A model generated the notes under the pieces. It saw only the letters and a list, made by a program, of their open reading frames with translations. It was not told where the DNA came from and did not search any database. From Trueperaceae bacterium (GTDB lineage: Bacteria; Deinococcota; Deinococci; Deinococcales; Trueperaceae): a stretch of 64,000 nt of DNA. This document shows positions 40,217 to 50,372 of this stretch, piece after piece (position 1 is the stretch's first letter; the number at the start of each line of letters is the position of its first letter). Made by a program: the position numbers and the translations under genes. The stretch is from the NCBI GenBank assembly GCA_965213705.1, contig OZ243913.1:1408001-1472000 (forward strand), given 5' to 3'.

Positions 40217-40618
40217 GTGTTCCCTCGCGTCCTGGACAAGCACATCGAAATCACCCCCGGCATCGCGGGCGGAAAACCGCGCATCGCAGGACGCCGTATT
40301 ACAGTGCAAAACATCGTCATCTGGCACGAGCGTTTGGGCAAAAGCGCGGACGAAATCAGCAGCGAGTACGACCTGCCTTTGGCGTCTGTCTACGCGGCCT
40401 TAGCTTACTACTTCGACCATGTGGTAAAAATCAACAAAAGTATCAAAGAGGGTGAAGCATTTGCTGAGCAAATGCGCAAGGAGGACGCTTCAGTTCTGAG
40501 TCAAAGGCCGATGGGCTTACATCCGATGAAGCTTTCGGACGAAGCGGTGGCTGAATCCATACGTCCCTTGAGCGACGAAGATTTGGGTTTTTGGCAAGAC
40601 AACGATTTTCCTAAGTGA
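40217..40618 (+). CDS. DUF433 family antitoxin-like protein (orphan)
   Basis: I.ITPGIAGGKPRIAGRRITV...VYAALAYY; TATAGT -10 box before GTG 40217. Confidence 0.85.
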   Translation: MFPRVLDKHIEITPGIAGGKPRIAGRRITVQNIVIWHERLGKSADEISSEYDLPLASVYAALAYYFDHVVKINKSIKEGEAFAEQMRKEDASVLSQRPMGLHPMKLSDEAVAESIRPLSDEDLGFWQDNDFPK

Positions 40619-40665
40619 GTTTCCCGTCTGATTATCTCCGCCTGAGACTTGACCCTAAACAGAGT

Positions 40666-42618
40666 TCAAATCAACCACAACCGCTCATAAGGCTTTAACG
40701 ACAGCGTCCCGTTCGCGTCCACAAACCTCTGCTCGAGCTGGTCGTACGGCTCGCCTAAACCGTAAAAGCGCAGCACGTCCGTGGACATTTCCTGCACCTC
40801 TTCGGTGAAGTTGTATATGCCGAGGAAGTTGCCCAAGGGGTGCCGCCGCAGGTAGGTAAACACGTGCGGGTGACCGGTCGTGACGATTTCGGTGTCGTAG
40901 CTTGAATTCAGGTGCGGCGTCCGTTTGCGCGCCCGCACGATGTGGGTGAGCCCGTAAAACAACCTAGCCTCGACCGAGCCTGGCTGGTGGCGCAGCAGCA
41001 CCCTGTCCCAGGGCATTTTGGGCCGGTGTAGCCAGCGGCTGTCCCCGGCCAGCTCGGGGTCGTCGGCGAAGTCATAGTCGTTCAGCAAACCCAGTTCGTC
41101 GCCCATAAAAATCAGCGGGAGACCGCCGAAACCGCAGATGAGCGCGTGGCCTAACAAGATACGCTCGACGGCGAAGGCGACGTCTTTCTGGTCGCGGTTT
41201 TCAACAGCGGTTTCCAACCCCGCCAAACTCGCAAAGGTGCCGGTGATGCGCCGGTCTTGCGTGACCGGGTTGAACTGAAACACGCCGCCCCTCGCGAACG
41301 ACCCCTCGAACCCCCCCGAGTAAAAGTCCGATAAAAACTTGCGGTGCAAGAAGCCGTTCAAACCGAGCGCCGCGGCGTCCTCGTCGGTGACGGCCCAACC
41401 GATGTCGTCGTGGCCGCGAATGTAGGTGCCCCAGGCAATCGAGGTCGGGGTGCGCGGAAACTCGGCGAGGGTGTGGGTCATGAGTCTCGTATCGCGGCTC
41501 GCCAGCGCCGACCAGAACTGCACCATGAGGCTGTTGTGGTAGGCGATGTTCGACACCTTGCCGTAGTGCCGCCCGACGCCGAAGTAGCGTACCAGGTCGT
41601 CCGGCGAGACGATGGCCTCGGCTTTGTGCGCGACCGCGGGCGTGGCGATGCGCGAGCAGGCGCGCAGGGCTTGCAGCAGGTCGTACACCTCCGTCTGGTT
41701 TTGCGAGTTCGTGCCGAGGCGCTTCCACAAAAACGCGACCGCGTCGAGTCGAAACACCTCGACCCCGCGGTTCGCCAGGTAGAACATGATGTCGGCAATC
41801 TCTAAAAAAACCTCGCTGTTACTCCAATTGAGGTCCCACTGGTACTCGTGAAACGTCGTCCAGACCCACTTGCCCATATCCGGGTAGTAGGTGAAGTTGC
41901 CCGGCGCGAAGTCGGGAAAAATCTCCGGCAGGGTTTTCTCAAAAGCGTCGGGTTCGGTTCTGTCGTCGTACATGTAAAAGTAGTCCTGATACTTTTTGTC
42001 GCCCGCTCGAGCCTTCAAAGCCCACTCGTGCTCCTTGGCGCAGTGGTTGAGGACTAAGTCGATGCACACGCTGATGTTGCGTTCGCGCAAACTCTGGCAG
42101 AGGTTTTCCAGGTCGTCAACCGTGCCGAGTTTGGGGTCCACGTCGCGGTAGTCCACCACCGCGTAGCCGCCGTCGTTCTCGCCCGCGCGCGGTTTGATGA
42201 CTTTCATGAGGTGGAGGTACGTCGCGCCGAGTTCTTCGAGGTAGTCGAGGTGGTCTTTAACGCCGTTCAAGGTGCCCGCGAAGCGGTCGACATAAAACAC
42301 GTAGCCCAACATCGACTCGCGCTGAAACCAGTCGGGCGTGAGGTCGCGCTCGATGTCGAGGGCCTTTAAGGTCTCGGGCCGGTCGCGGTAGGTCTCGGCC
42401 ATGCGCAGCAAAAGCTTTTCCATGAACGCTTCAAAGTCGCGTTTGCGGCCGTAAACCGGGTGAAGACCGTCGTAAAGGTTTTGGAAAAAGCGCTCCAAGC
42501 GCAGTGAAAACAGTTGCCGGTCACGGCTGGCGAGTTGGTTTAGGACGGGCTCGAGCGCGGGCAGCAGCGTTTCGTAAAGATGCCGCGCGTTGCGGGTGAA
42601 AAGTTGGACGTTCTGCAC
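40666..42618 (-). CDS. GH13 amylosucrase-like glycosidase
   Basis: NDGGYAV.DY, DLVLNH, QWDLN, FRLDAVAF, KAEAIV, YIRGHDDIGW. Confidence 0.9.
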   Translation of the reverse strand: MQNVQLFTRNARHLYETLLPALEPVLNQLASRDRQLFSLRLERFFQNLYDGLHPVYGRKRDFEAFMEKLLLRMAETYRDRPETLKALDIERDLTPDWFQRESMLGYVFYVDRFAGTLNGVKDHLDYLEELGATYLHLMKVIKPRAGENDGGYAVVDYRDVDPKLGTVDDLENLCQSLRERNISVCIDLVLNHCAKEHEWALKARAGDKKYQDYFYMYDDRTEPDAFEKTLPEIFPDFAPGNFTYYPDMGKWVWTTFHEYQWDLNWSNSEVFLEIADIMFYLANRGVEVFRLDAVAFLWKRLGTNSQNQTEVYDLLQALRACSRIATPAVAHKAEAIVSPDDLVRYFGVGRHYGKVSNIAYHNSLMVQFWSALASRDTRLMTHTLAEFPRTPTSIAWGTYIRGHDDIGWAVTDEDAAALGLNGFLHRKFLSDFYSGGFEGSFARGGVFQFNPVTQDRRITGTFASLAGLETAVENRDQKDVAFAVERILLGHALICGFGGLPLIFMGDELGLLNDYDFADDPELAGDSRWLHRPKMPWDRVLLRHQPGSVEARLFYGLTHIVRARKRTPHLNSSYDTEIVTTGHPHVFTYLRRHPLGNFLGIYNFTEEVQEMSTDVLRFYGLGEPYDQLEQRFVDANGTLSLKPYERLWLI

Positions 42619-42765
42619 AAGGATTTATCATACAAGCTCAGCGCCACACCGCGGCGTGGAGAGTGTCGAAATTTCAGGATTCACATGCGTGACTTGCGAC
42701 GTTTTCGGTTGGGACGCTCGCTTTTGCTGACACTCGCAACTGCACAACATAGAATGGGGGCAGGT

Positions 42766-42991
42766 ATGTCCCAAGACTTCGACACTTACAAAGCGTCTCA
42801 AGAAAGAGATTGACAGTGAAGACGTTGTCGGCGATTTCAGCGAACGGGAAATCTGGTGGTGCCGGATTGGACACAACATCGGCTTTGAAGAAAATGGTAA
42901 AAACCGTCGGTTCTCTCGGCCGGTTCTCGTTTTCCGTAAGTTCAACAAGCGCTTTTTCTACGGATTTCCGTTGAGTACGAAGGGCTCCTTA
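42766..42991 (+). pseudogene. PemK/MazF-like toxin fragment, frameshifted and truncated by IS630
   Basis: MSQDFDT in one frame, then LKKEID...FSEREIWWCRIGHNIGFEENGKNRRFSRPVLVFRKFNKRFFYGFPLSTK in another, ending at the IS boundary. Confidence 0.78.
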
Positions 42992-44107
42992 TACCAAGCT
43001 GCCCAGCTGACGTCACAGTTGCCCCACAGCTTGTTGCCACCAGGGGGAGTTGGTGAGCTTTCGAAGTGCGGCTGGGTTTTGATGGTAAGTGGTGAGCACA
43101 TCTGTCAAAGCGGCTTCCAGCGCGTCGAGGGAGTCGAAGAGGGTGTTGGCAAGGGCACGCCTGAATTCGAGAAACCACCTCTCAGCGGGGTTGAGTTCGG
43201 GACTGTAAGGGGGTAAAGCTACGGGAACAATGTTGGCTGGGATGTTCAAGTTTTGCTTGATATGGGCAGGGGCGTTGTCTCTAATGAGAATGAGGGTGTC
43301 GTCGGGGTTAGTGCCGACTGAGGTGCTGAAGGAAAAGCTCGAAGCAGTCGCCGTCTAAGCGCGGCAGGTATAAGCAGAAGTCTTCGCCCGTGGCAGGTTC
43401 AACTGCAGCATAAAGCCAGGTCCATTCGTACTTACGCCTAACGTTCCAAAGCGGCCTCACCCCTCGCGGACAGTAGCGCCGTTTGTGCCAAGCAATGAGT
43501 CCAAAGCGCGCTTCGTCCATAGCCAACACCCTCACACGCTGCTTTTTGTGGTTCTGAGGTGTTTGCGGCAGTTTCCCCTTCAACGCCTCAGCGAAGTTTT
43601 TTTGAACGTTTCTTGTACTTCGGCATCTGCTTTTTCATGGCGGTAACGGCCGGTCTTGGCTTTGATGTGGTGCCGTTTAAACAAACGAAGCACGCCTGTT
43701 TCGTCTTGGTAGTGAACATCGTGCTCAGCCAGCAGCTCCCGAGCTTGTTTGTAGCTAGCTATCTCGCCTGCTCCGAGTGCCTTTTGTAGCGCTTGCCAAG
43801 CCGCTTCGTTCACCCACTCACGACGCCCCCGCTCAGAAACGCGATTCTCCAGTAGCTCACCGAGTCCGCCCGAGCGGTAAGCGTTCAGCCAGCGGTGACA
43901 CTGCCTATAGCTGTAATTCAACTCAGCTGCTGCCCCCAAACTTCTGCAACGCCCGCTCTTTAGCAGTCGCAACATCTTGACACGCTGGTTCAGGTGACTG
44001 TAACGGTGCTGCTTCTCCAGCTCTAGTAGCTCAGTCTCGCTTTCCCCTATGACTTCTTGATAATTCAGGCGCATGAGCTACTATGACACGAAACGGGCAG
44101 GATGGTA
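42992..44107 (-). mobile_element. IS630-family insertion sequence (1116 bp)
   Basis: Imperfect terminal IRs TACCAAGCTGCCC / TACCATCCTGCCC (18 of 27 nt match), flanked by TA at 42990-42991 and 44108-44109. Confidence 0.88.
43013..44074 (-). pseudogene. IS630 transposase with a programmed -1 frameshift plus an inactivating 1-nt insertion
   Basis: HTH orfA 43580-44074; slippery TTCAAAAAAAC near 43600; DEARFG, DNAPAH and LPPYSPELNPAE motifs. CAC TAA CCC in place of CAC TAC CCC near 43309 breaks the DDE domain. Confidence 0.87.
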
Positions 44108-44116
44108 TAAGACGTT

Positions 44117-44680
44117 TTAAGGTGACTCAGGAAATTCGGCAGGGAAAGAAACGAACAAAAGATCTCGCCTCTCTAAGAGCAATGTCTTTAAGGCACTCCA
44201 TTTCAGTTCGACCGTTACCTGCTGAGCTGTAACACCTATAGCATGGACACGTCCGCCCAATAGCTCAATTTGTGCTTTAAGCGGGGCATATACCGGAGAG
44301 CGCAGCTTTGCCACCGAGTCTGCCCAGGCCGCATAATACTCAGCTCGCCAAGCTGGATCGACAAATGTTTCCTGATTTCCAGGAGCTGGATCTATTCTGG
44401 GGTCCGCCAGATAGTCGAGGTAAGCCTGATCCGCCGCGAAGCATTGGGTCAAATCCACTGTAGTCTGGGTATCTTGTTGCGAGCCGGCGAGGTACGCCTG
44501 AAGGTGCTCAGATATTCTTGGGCTTAGTTTGCTTGTGATCGCAGGTGCGGTTACGGCGCAAACAGAAGGAGAATTCACCTTATACCAGCTCGCCTGGTCC
44601 TGGTCCATGTCCTCTAACGAGCTTCCGCACGCACTAAGCAACCCAGAGAGTAGGAGAACCATCACAAATTTATTCACCAC
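44117..44680 (-). CDS. hypothetical lipoprotein with foreign composition
   Basis: Lipobox LSAC; lower GC than neighbours; five GATC sites. Confidence 0.75.
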   Translation of the reverse strand: MVNKFVMVLLLSGLLSACGSSLEDMDQDQASWYKVNSPSVCAVTAPAITSKLSPRISEHLQAYLAGSQQDTQTTVDLTQCFAADQAYLDYLADPRIDPAPGNQETFVDPAWRAEYYAAWADSVAKLRSPVYAPLKAQIELLGGRVHAIGVTAQQVTVELKWSALKTLLLERRDLLFVSFPAEFPESP

Positions 44681-44890
44681 GGACCATCCGTGCCAGTGTC
44701 TGTCGCAAAGTCGCTGCTCACAACCTCATCCTCTTTCTCTTCAACTAGCACCTGAGGTTAGTATATTCAGTCACTTCGCCAGCGCGAGAGAAATTTCGAA
44801 CGGATTTTGGACTAGTATCGACAACGACGTTATATAGGGTGCCACGGGTTTTCATCAGCCCAACGCCGATGGTATTTGCATAAGACCTGT

Positions 44891-46024
44891 TCATAAACGA
44901 ATGTTCAAAGCCCCTCGAGCCCCCAGCACCTTTTCCCTCGCCTCTTCAGCCGTGTCCCCCAGCGCCGTCACGTGCCCCATCTTCCGCCCGGCTCGGGCTT
45001 CTTTTTTGCTGTAGAGGTGCAGGTGAACATCTCGAGCCAGAACCTCAGCCCAGTTCGGTTCGCCTGTCTGCCACAGGTCGCCCAACAGGTTCGCCATCGC
45101 CGCGGCGCGTAGCGATTCGGTCGAGCCCAAGGGCAAGCCGCAGACCGCGCGGAGTTGCTGCTCGAACTGGCTCGTCGCGTGGGCTTCAATCGTCAGGTGT
45201 CCCGAGTTGTGAGGCCGCGGCGCGAGTTCGTTGACGAGGAGCGTGTCGTCGTGGGTTACAAAAAACTCGGCGCAAAGCACGCCGACGACGTTGAGGGTTT
45301 CCAGGACGGCTCGAGCGGTCTCGAGGGCCGTTTCGGCGACCTTGGGAGACACGTCGGCGGGGGCTGTGGTGACGTCTAAGATGTGGTTTTTGTGCTCGTT
45401 CGCCAGCACGCCGAAGTGATTGAGTGCGCCCGCAGGGTTGCGCGCCGCGACGACGGAAACTTCTTGCTTGAAGTCGATGAACCTCTCGAGAATCGCCTCG
45501 CCGCCGAGGTCGTCGTAGGCTGAGACCAGTTCGGCCAACGACGCCACGCGCCGCTGCCCCTTGCCGTCGTAGCCGAAGCCTGCCGTTTTGAGAACGGCGG
45601 GAGCGCCCACAGCGTCGAACGCGGACGCGAGGTCTTCCGCGCTGCGAACCATCCTGAACGGGACGACGGGAAAGCCGTTTTGCGCCAAAAACGTCTTTTC
45701 CCGCCCCCGGTTTTGGGTGACGTGCAGCACCTCGGGCGAAGGGTGGACGGGTGTCACGGCTTGCGCGGCAGTAAGCGTTGCCGCGGGAATGTTCTCGAAC
45801 TCGACGGTGAGCACGTCCACGCCGTTTGCAAAGGCGCGAACGGCGTCCAGGTCGTCGTAAGAGGAAACCAGCTCCAAGTCGGACACTTGTCCGGCGGGCG
45901 TGTCTTTGCCCGGCGAAAACACGTGGACCCGGTAGCCCATACGCTTCGCTTCAAAAGCGAGCATCCGCCCGAGTTGGCCGCTGCCGAATACGCCGAGGGT
46001 GGAGCCGGGTAAAACGGGGGTCAC
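44891..46024 (-). CDS. purK: N5-carboxyaminoimidazole ribonucleotide synthase
   Basis: [35 protein letters not shown] start overlaps the purE stop. Confidence 0.96.
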   Translation of the reverse strand: MTPVLPGSTLGVFGSGQLGRMLAFEAKRMGYRVHVFSPGKDTPAGQVSDLELVSSYDDLDAVRAFANGVDVLTVEFENIPAATLTAAQAVTPVHPSPEVLHVTQNRGREKTFLAQNGFPVVPFRMVRSAEDLASAFDAVGAPAVLKTAGFGYDGKGQRRVASLAELVSAYDDLGGEAILERFIDFKQEVSVVAARNPAGALNHFGVLANEHKNHILDVTTAPADVSPKVAETALETARAVLETLNVVGVLCAEFFVTHDDTLLVNELAPRPHNSGHLTIEAHATSQFEQQLRAVCGLPLGSTESLRAAAMANLLGDLWQTGEPNWAEVLARDVHLHLYSKKEARAGRKMGHVTALGDTAEEAREKVLGARGALNIRL

Positions 46025-46512
46025 AGGGGAAGGACCGACTCGAGCACGCGCTGCGTTTGCGCTTCTCGGAATGCGCGCAACCGCTCGCGCAGTTCGGGGC
46101 GGGTGTTGGACAAAATAGCGACCGCCAGCAACGCCGCGTTCTTCGCGCCCGCCGCGCCAATTGCCAACGTGCCCACCGGAATACCGGCGGGCATCTGGAC
46201 GATGGAGAGGAGCGAGTCTTGGCCGCTCAGCGCGCGGCTCTGCACCGGCACGCCGAGCACCGGCACGAGCGTTTGCGCCGCGACCATCCCCGGCAGGTGC
46301 GCCGCGCCCCCGGCCCCGGCGATGATGATTTCCAAACCTCGCGTTTCGGCCTCTACGGCAAACTGCGCCAGGCGCTCCGGCGTGCGGTGGGCCGAGACGA
46401 CCGCGCACTCGTGCGGCACGGCGAATTCAATCAACAGCTCGTGCGCGTGCCGCATCGTCTCCCAGTCGGAGGTGCTGCCCATGACGACGGCGACGAGAGA
46501 TTTCGCATTCAT
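46021..46512 (-). CDS. purE: N5-carboxyaminoimidazole ribonucleotide mutase
   Basis: [35 protein letters not shown]. Confidence 0.97.
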   Translation of the reverse strand: MNAKSLVAVVMGSTSDWETMRHAHELLIEFAVPHECAVVSAHRTPERLAQFAVEAETRGLEIIIAGAGGAAHLPGMVAAQTLVPVLGVPVQSRALSGQDSLLSIVQMPAGIPVGTLAIGAAGAKNAALLAVAILSNTRPELRERLRAFREAQTQRVLESVLPL

Positions 46513-47501
46513 CGGCTTTCTACTTCTGCGGCTTCCGGCAGCACGTCTTGCACGGTCGCACGGCGCAAACGGTCGCGTACGGCCAACCACTCGGGTTCCT
46601 CAAGGACTTCTTCGACATAAATGTGTGTCAGGTTACGCGCGTCGAGGTCGCGCAACGCCGCGTAAAGACGGTGAGCGTAGCCCTCGGGGTCGGTGGGCAA
46701 AGTTCGCCACGGCCCTTTGACCCAGGCCGGCTCGAGCCGCTGCGAGAGAAAACCGACGCTCGCCGGCTCGGTGCGGGCAAGGTTGTCGACCTGTTGCGCG
46801 CTCACCAGAAAGCTCGGTGTGGTCGGGGCGTAGTGGCTCGGCAAACCGCCCGAAACCCTTGTCGCCGAGGTCGTGACGACCTCCGGCGCGTAGCCGAGCA
46901 GGTCTGTGAGCCGTTCGACCGAAACGCCGCCGGGCCGCAAGACTTTCGCCGCACCCGTGCTCAGGTCGAGGATGGTCGACTCCAGGCCGACTTCGCACGG
47001 CCCGCCATCGAGCACGAGGTCGACACTGTCCCCCAGTTCCTCAGCAACGTGCTCGGCCCGGGTCGGGCTGATGCGCCCAAAGCGGTTGGCCGACGGCGCG
47101 GCGACGCCCCCGCCAAAAGCGTTTAGCAAGGCCAGCGCTACCCTGTGACTCGGCACGCGCACACCTACCGTGTCCTGAGCGCCGGTGACGGCGTCGGGAA
47201 CCTGCGTGGAGCGTTTCAAAATAAGTGTCAGCGGGCCGGGCCAAAAGGCGTCGGTTAACTTGTAAGTAAGCTCGGGAACGTCTACCGTCCAAGTCTCTAA
47301 GTGCGCCGCGTCCGGCAGGTGGACGATGAGTGGGTGGTCGGCGGGCCGACCCTTCGCCGCGAAAACCTTAGCCACGGCTTCCGGGTTGAGCGCGTCCGCA
47401 CCCAGTCCGTAGACGGTTTCGGTGGGAAAGGCGACGAGCCGGCCCGCCTTCAACAGGTCGGCCGCGCGCGCTACGGCTTGCGGGGTGGGCTCGAGAATCA
47501 T
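46509..47501 (-). CDS. sua5: L-threonylcarbamoyladenylate synthase (Sua5 type)
   Basis: [40 protein letters not shown] plus a C-terminal Sua5 domain. Confidence 0.95.
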   Translation of the reverse strand: MILEPTPQAVARAADLLKAGRLVAFPTETVYGLGADALNPEAVAKVFAAKGRPADHPLIVHLPDAAHLETWTVDVPELTYKLTDAFWPGPLTLILKRSTQVPDAVTGAQDTVGVRVPSHRVALALLNAFGGGVAAPSANRFGRISPTRAEHVAEELGDSVDLVLDGGPCEVGLESTILDLSTGAAKVLRPGGVSVERLTDLLGYAPEVVTTSATRVSGGLPSHYAPTTPSFLVSAQQVDNLARTEPASVGFLSQRLEPAWVKGPWRTLPTDPEGYAHRLYAALRDLDARNLTHIYVEEVLEEPEWLAVRDRLRRATVQDVLPEAAEVESR

Positions 47502-47516
47502 CAGGCAAAGCTTACC

Positions 47517-48779
47517 TTAGAGAACGAGGACAATCCGCAGGTCGTTGACGTTCGTGCCCGTCGGCCCGGTGACGAACAAGGTTCGAGCCTCTGCGAAAAA
47601 CGTGTAGCTGTCGTTGCGCGTCAGCAGCTCTCGGGCTCGCGCCCTGCCCACCAAGACCTCAGGCGTCACGAACGCGCCCGCGTTGTTTTCAATCCCGTCA
47701 ATCCCGTCGGTGTCCGCGGCGAGCGCGTAAACGCCCTCTAGGCCGTCCAGCTCCAAGGCCAACGCCAGGGCGAACTCACCGTTGCGCCCGCCGCGGCCCG
47801 GCCCGCGCACCGTCACCGTCGTCTCGCCGCCCGACAAAAGCGCACAGGGTTTGGTAAAGGGTTGTCCGTGCTGCACGACTTGCCGGGCAACAGCCGCGTG
47901 CGTCTTGGCGGCCTCCCGCGCCTCGCCAGTAACGCTGCTGCTCAAGACGTGCGCGGCGACGCCACGGGTCTCGAGAAACCGTGCCGCGGCCTCCAAACTC
48001 CGCTGAGCGTTGCCGACGAGAACGTTGCTCACCCGCTCGAACGCTTCGTCGCCCGGTTTCGGCGTTTCGGGGACCTCGCCCCGCGCGCCGGCCTCGAGAA
48101 AGGCCCTCGCGGCGGGCGCGTTTACGGCGTAGCGGTCCAAGACCTCCAAAGCGTCCGCAAACGTCGTCGCGTCGGGCGCGGTGGGGCCGGAAGCGATTGT
48201 TGAGAAGCTGTCGCCGACCACGTCCGACAAGATGAGCGTCACCACGCGCGCGGGCGCGGCGGCCGCGGCGAGCCTGCCGCCTTTGACGCGTGACAGGTGT
48301 TTTCGCACCGTGTTCATCTCGGCGATGTCGGCCCCCGAGCGGAGCAACTCGTGCGTGAGCGCAGCTTTTTGCGCCAGGGTTATGCCGGCGGGCGCGGTGA
48401 GCAACGCCGAGCCGCCCCCCGAAATAAAGCAGAGCAGCAGGTCGTCCGCGCCCAAGCCTCGAGCCAGCTCCAAAATTCGCTCGGTCGCCCGTCGTCCGGC
48501 CGCGTCCGGAACCGGGTGGGCGGCCTCGACGACCGCTATTTTTTGCGTCGGTACCGCGTGACCGTGGCGGGTGACGACGAGCCCTTCCAAACGCTCCAGC
48601 TCCGGTCCGTAACGCGCCTCGGCCGCCGCCGCCATCCTTGCCGCCGCCTTGCCCGCGCCGACCACGACCACTCGGCCTTTGGGGAGGTCGGGCAAGTACC
48701 CGGCCAGGTGCTTGCCGGGGTGAGCGGCGTCCACCGCGACGAAAAAGGTTTGCTCGAGCAGCTTCAGCGGCGGGGTCAT
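47517..48779 (-). CDS. glycerate 2-kinase (MOFRL/TtuD family)
   Basis: GAGKAA, ISGGGSAL, GGETTV, GGRN.E, TDGIDG, TGPTGTNVND. Confidence 0.93.
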   Translation of the reverse strand: MTPPLKLLEQTFFVAVDAAHPGKHLAGYLPDLPKGRVVVVGAGKAAARMAAAAEARYGPELERLEGLVVTRHGHAVPTQKIAVVEAAHPVPDAAGRRATERILELARGLGADDLLLCFISGGGSALLTAPAGITLAQKAALTHELLRSGADIAEMNTVRKHLSRVKGGRLAAAAAPARVVTLILSDVVGDSFSTIASGPTAPDATTFADALEVLDRYAVNAPAARAFLEAGARGEVPETPKPGDEAFERVSNVLVGNAQRSLEAAARFLETRGVAAHVLSSSVTGEAREAAKTHAAVARQVVQHGQPFTKPCALLSGGETTVTVRGPGRGGRNGEFALALALELDGLEGVYALAADTDGIDGIENNAGAFVTPEVLVGRARARELLTRNDSYTFFAEARTLFVTGPTGTNVNDLRIVLVL

Positions 48780-48807
48780 GGTGGCTCAAGTGTACTTGAA
48801 GGAGGCA

Positions 48808-48856
48808 GTACCGAGTCCTGAGTACCGAGTTGAAAGTAGGTTCACTCGGTACTTTC
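48808..48856. repeat. heptamer-repeat element, family B
   Basis: gtaccgagtcctgagtaccgagttgaaagta, then actcggtactttc. Confidence 0.75.
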
Positions 48857-48892
48857 CTCGAGCGCAACCTCGAAGTGCGTTACAATAGTCAC

Positions 48893-49177
48893 ATGTTCGG
48901 ACTTTTCAGCAGGCAAAACCCCAACTTTAAGGACGACGGCAACTTTCTGCTGGCTCGAGTCCGCACCAGCAAAAACGGCGAGACGATTTCCGTGCGCATT
49001 TCCAAAACGAGCGAGATGAGTCCGGCCCAAAACGGCTACTTCGTCCGCAAAGCGCTGGTGGGGCCGGAGACTTTCGACCAGGCCTCGCTGGAAATCACCA
49101 CCAACCGCAGCCACCGCGTCAAAATCGCCACGGTCGACGGTGGCGAGCTTATCCCGGTCAAAGAGTGGCGGGACTGA
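48893..49177 (+). CDS. small hypothetical protein
   Basis: MFGLFSRQ...; TACAAT -10 box directly before the ATG; host-like codons. Confidence 0.75.
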   Translation: MFGLFSRQNPNFKDDGNFLLARVRTSKNGETISVRISKTSEMSPAQNGYFVRKALVGPETFDQASLEITTNRSHRVKIATVDGGELIPVKEWRD

Positions 49178-49190
49178 GACAAACCGGTGT

Positions 49191-49670
49191 TCAGGGTGCA
49201 ACGACGCTGAAGTCGAACCCTTGCAACGCAATCCTGTCCGCCACGCGCACCCGGTTGGGGTTCGTTTCACGTCCGCGGTAAAGCTGAATGACGAGGGCGT
49301 AGTCTCCCGGTTTGGCCCGCTCGCGCAGTTTGAAACTCAGACCCGTGCTCACGCCTTCGCGCAGCGCTCGGCCTGAATAAGGAACACGGAACACGCTCTC
49401 TTTTTCCTGCGCCGTCGCAAAGACGAGGTGCGCGGCTTGCGGCCAACCCCGCGCGGCGTCCCGCTCGACGACGTTCAAAAACAAGACGCCCTCGTCAACC
49501 GTCTCCGCCGCGTCGCTCAAGGTGATGACAAAGTCGATGTCGGCGGTTTCGCCTTGGCGGTACGTGGCTTGGACATCTGTGGTGACGTTCAAAGTGACCC
49601 GGGGCGACTGGGCTTGCCCCAGCACGAAAAAAGTCAGGGCAAGGGTCAGACCGTAACGCGTTGGTTTCAC
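49191..49670 (-). CDS. hypothetical secreted beta-rich protein
   Basis: Signal peptide; TAAACT -10 box before the GTG. Confidence 0.72.
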   Translation of the reverse strand: MKPTRYGLTLALTFFVLGQAQSPRVTLNVTTDVQATYRQGETADIDFVITLSDAAETVDEGVLFLNVVERDAARGWPQAAHLVFATAQEKESVFRVPYSGRALREGVSTGLSFKLRERAKPGDYALVIQLYRGRETNPNRVRVADRIALQGFDFSVVAP

Positions 49671-49750
49671 GCTTAAAAGTTTAACGCGGTCGCGGCTCGA
49701 GAAACGTTAAACCTTGCACGAGCAATCCGCGCTTGAATCTAAGCACAGCG

Positions 49751-49835
49751 GTCATCCTGAACACGGCGCAACGGAGTGAAAGAACTTCGTCTTTGCCGCA
49801 CCGCCGCAAAATTTTCCGCTACCGCTCAGGACCAT
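49751..49835. repeat. degenerate REP-like palindromic element
   Basis: Ends gtcatcctga...tcaggaccat, with internal cgcaacggagtgaaaga and ttttccgctaccgc. Confidence 0.45.
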
Positions 49836-49885
49836 CGGAAGTGTAGACGCAGGTAGCTTGCCTACAATAGCTTACCTACAAAGCG

Positions 49886-50269
49886 TCACTGCGCGCTCAC
49901 TAAGTCGGGCCGCAACCCCTTCGCTTCGCGCAGGTAGACGTGTTTGATGTTGGCCTGGATTTTTTGCGTGTTGACCTGCATGAGCACGCGCACAGCGCGG
50001 GGCAAGCGGCCGGGTACGGGAATTTCCTGGCTGCACATCAGCGGGACTGCGGTCATGCCGAGCCGCCGCGCCGCCTCCGCCGGAAAGGTGCTGGACAGGT
50101 CGGGCGTGGTGGTAAAAAAGACAGCGGCAAGTGTTTCAAAGTCGTCCAAGTCGTTTGCAGCGAGCATTGCTTGCAAAAGTTCTTCGGTAGCGTTCAAGAC
50201 GAGTTCGGCCTCGTCCCGCTCCACCGTCGTCGCCCCGCGGATGCCGCGCAGCCAATAGGGTTTGTCCAT
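49886..50269 (-). CDS. aroH: chorismate mutase, AroH class
   Basis: RGIRGATT, FTTTPDL...FPAEAAR, HVYLR.A..LRPDL. Confidence 0.95.
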   Translation of the reverse strand: MDKPYWLRGIRGATTVERDEAELVLNATEELLQAMLAANDLDDFETLAAVFFTTTPDLSSTFPAEAARRLGMTAVPLMCSQEIPVPGRLPRAVRVLMQVNTQKIQANIKHVYLREAKGLRPDLVSAQ

Positions 50270-50372
50270 AGCCGAGTCTACCAAACGCCGACGTTGCCAG
50301 GGGGCTCGAGCTTTATCTTCCTCTCGACGTACACAGCCGCTTTTCGGCCGCGGCACCTGCTAAACTGACCTT

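Noticed and set aside
44891..46408. Apparent 505-aa PurK with an N-terminal extension (likewise extended starts for matB, aroH, App1 and the FAD oxidoreductase)
   Set aside because: The extensions overlap neighbouring genes or promoter regions; downstream starts fit the family lengths and, for aroH and App1, the -10 boxes.
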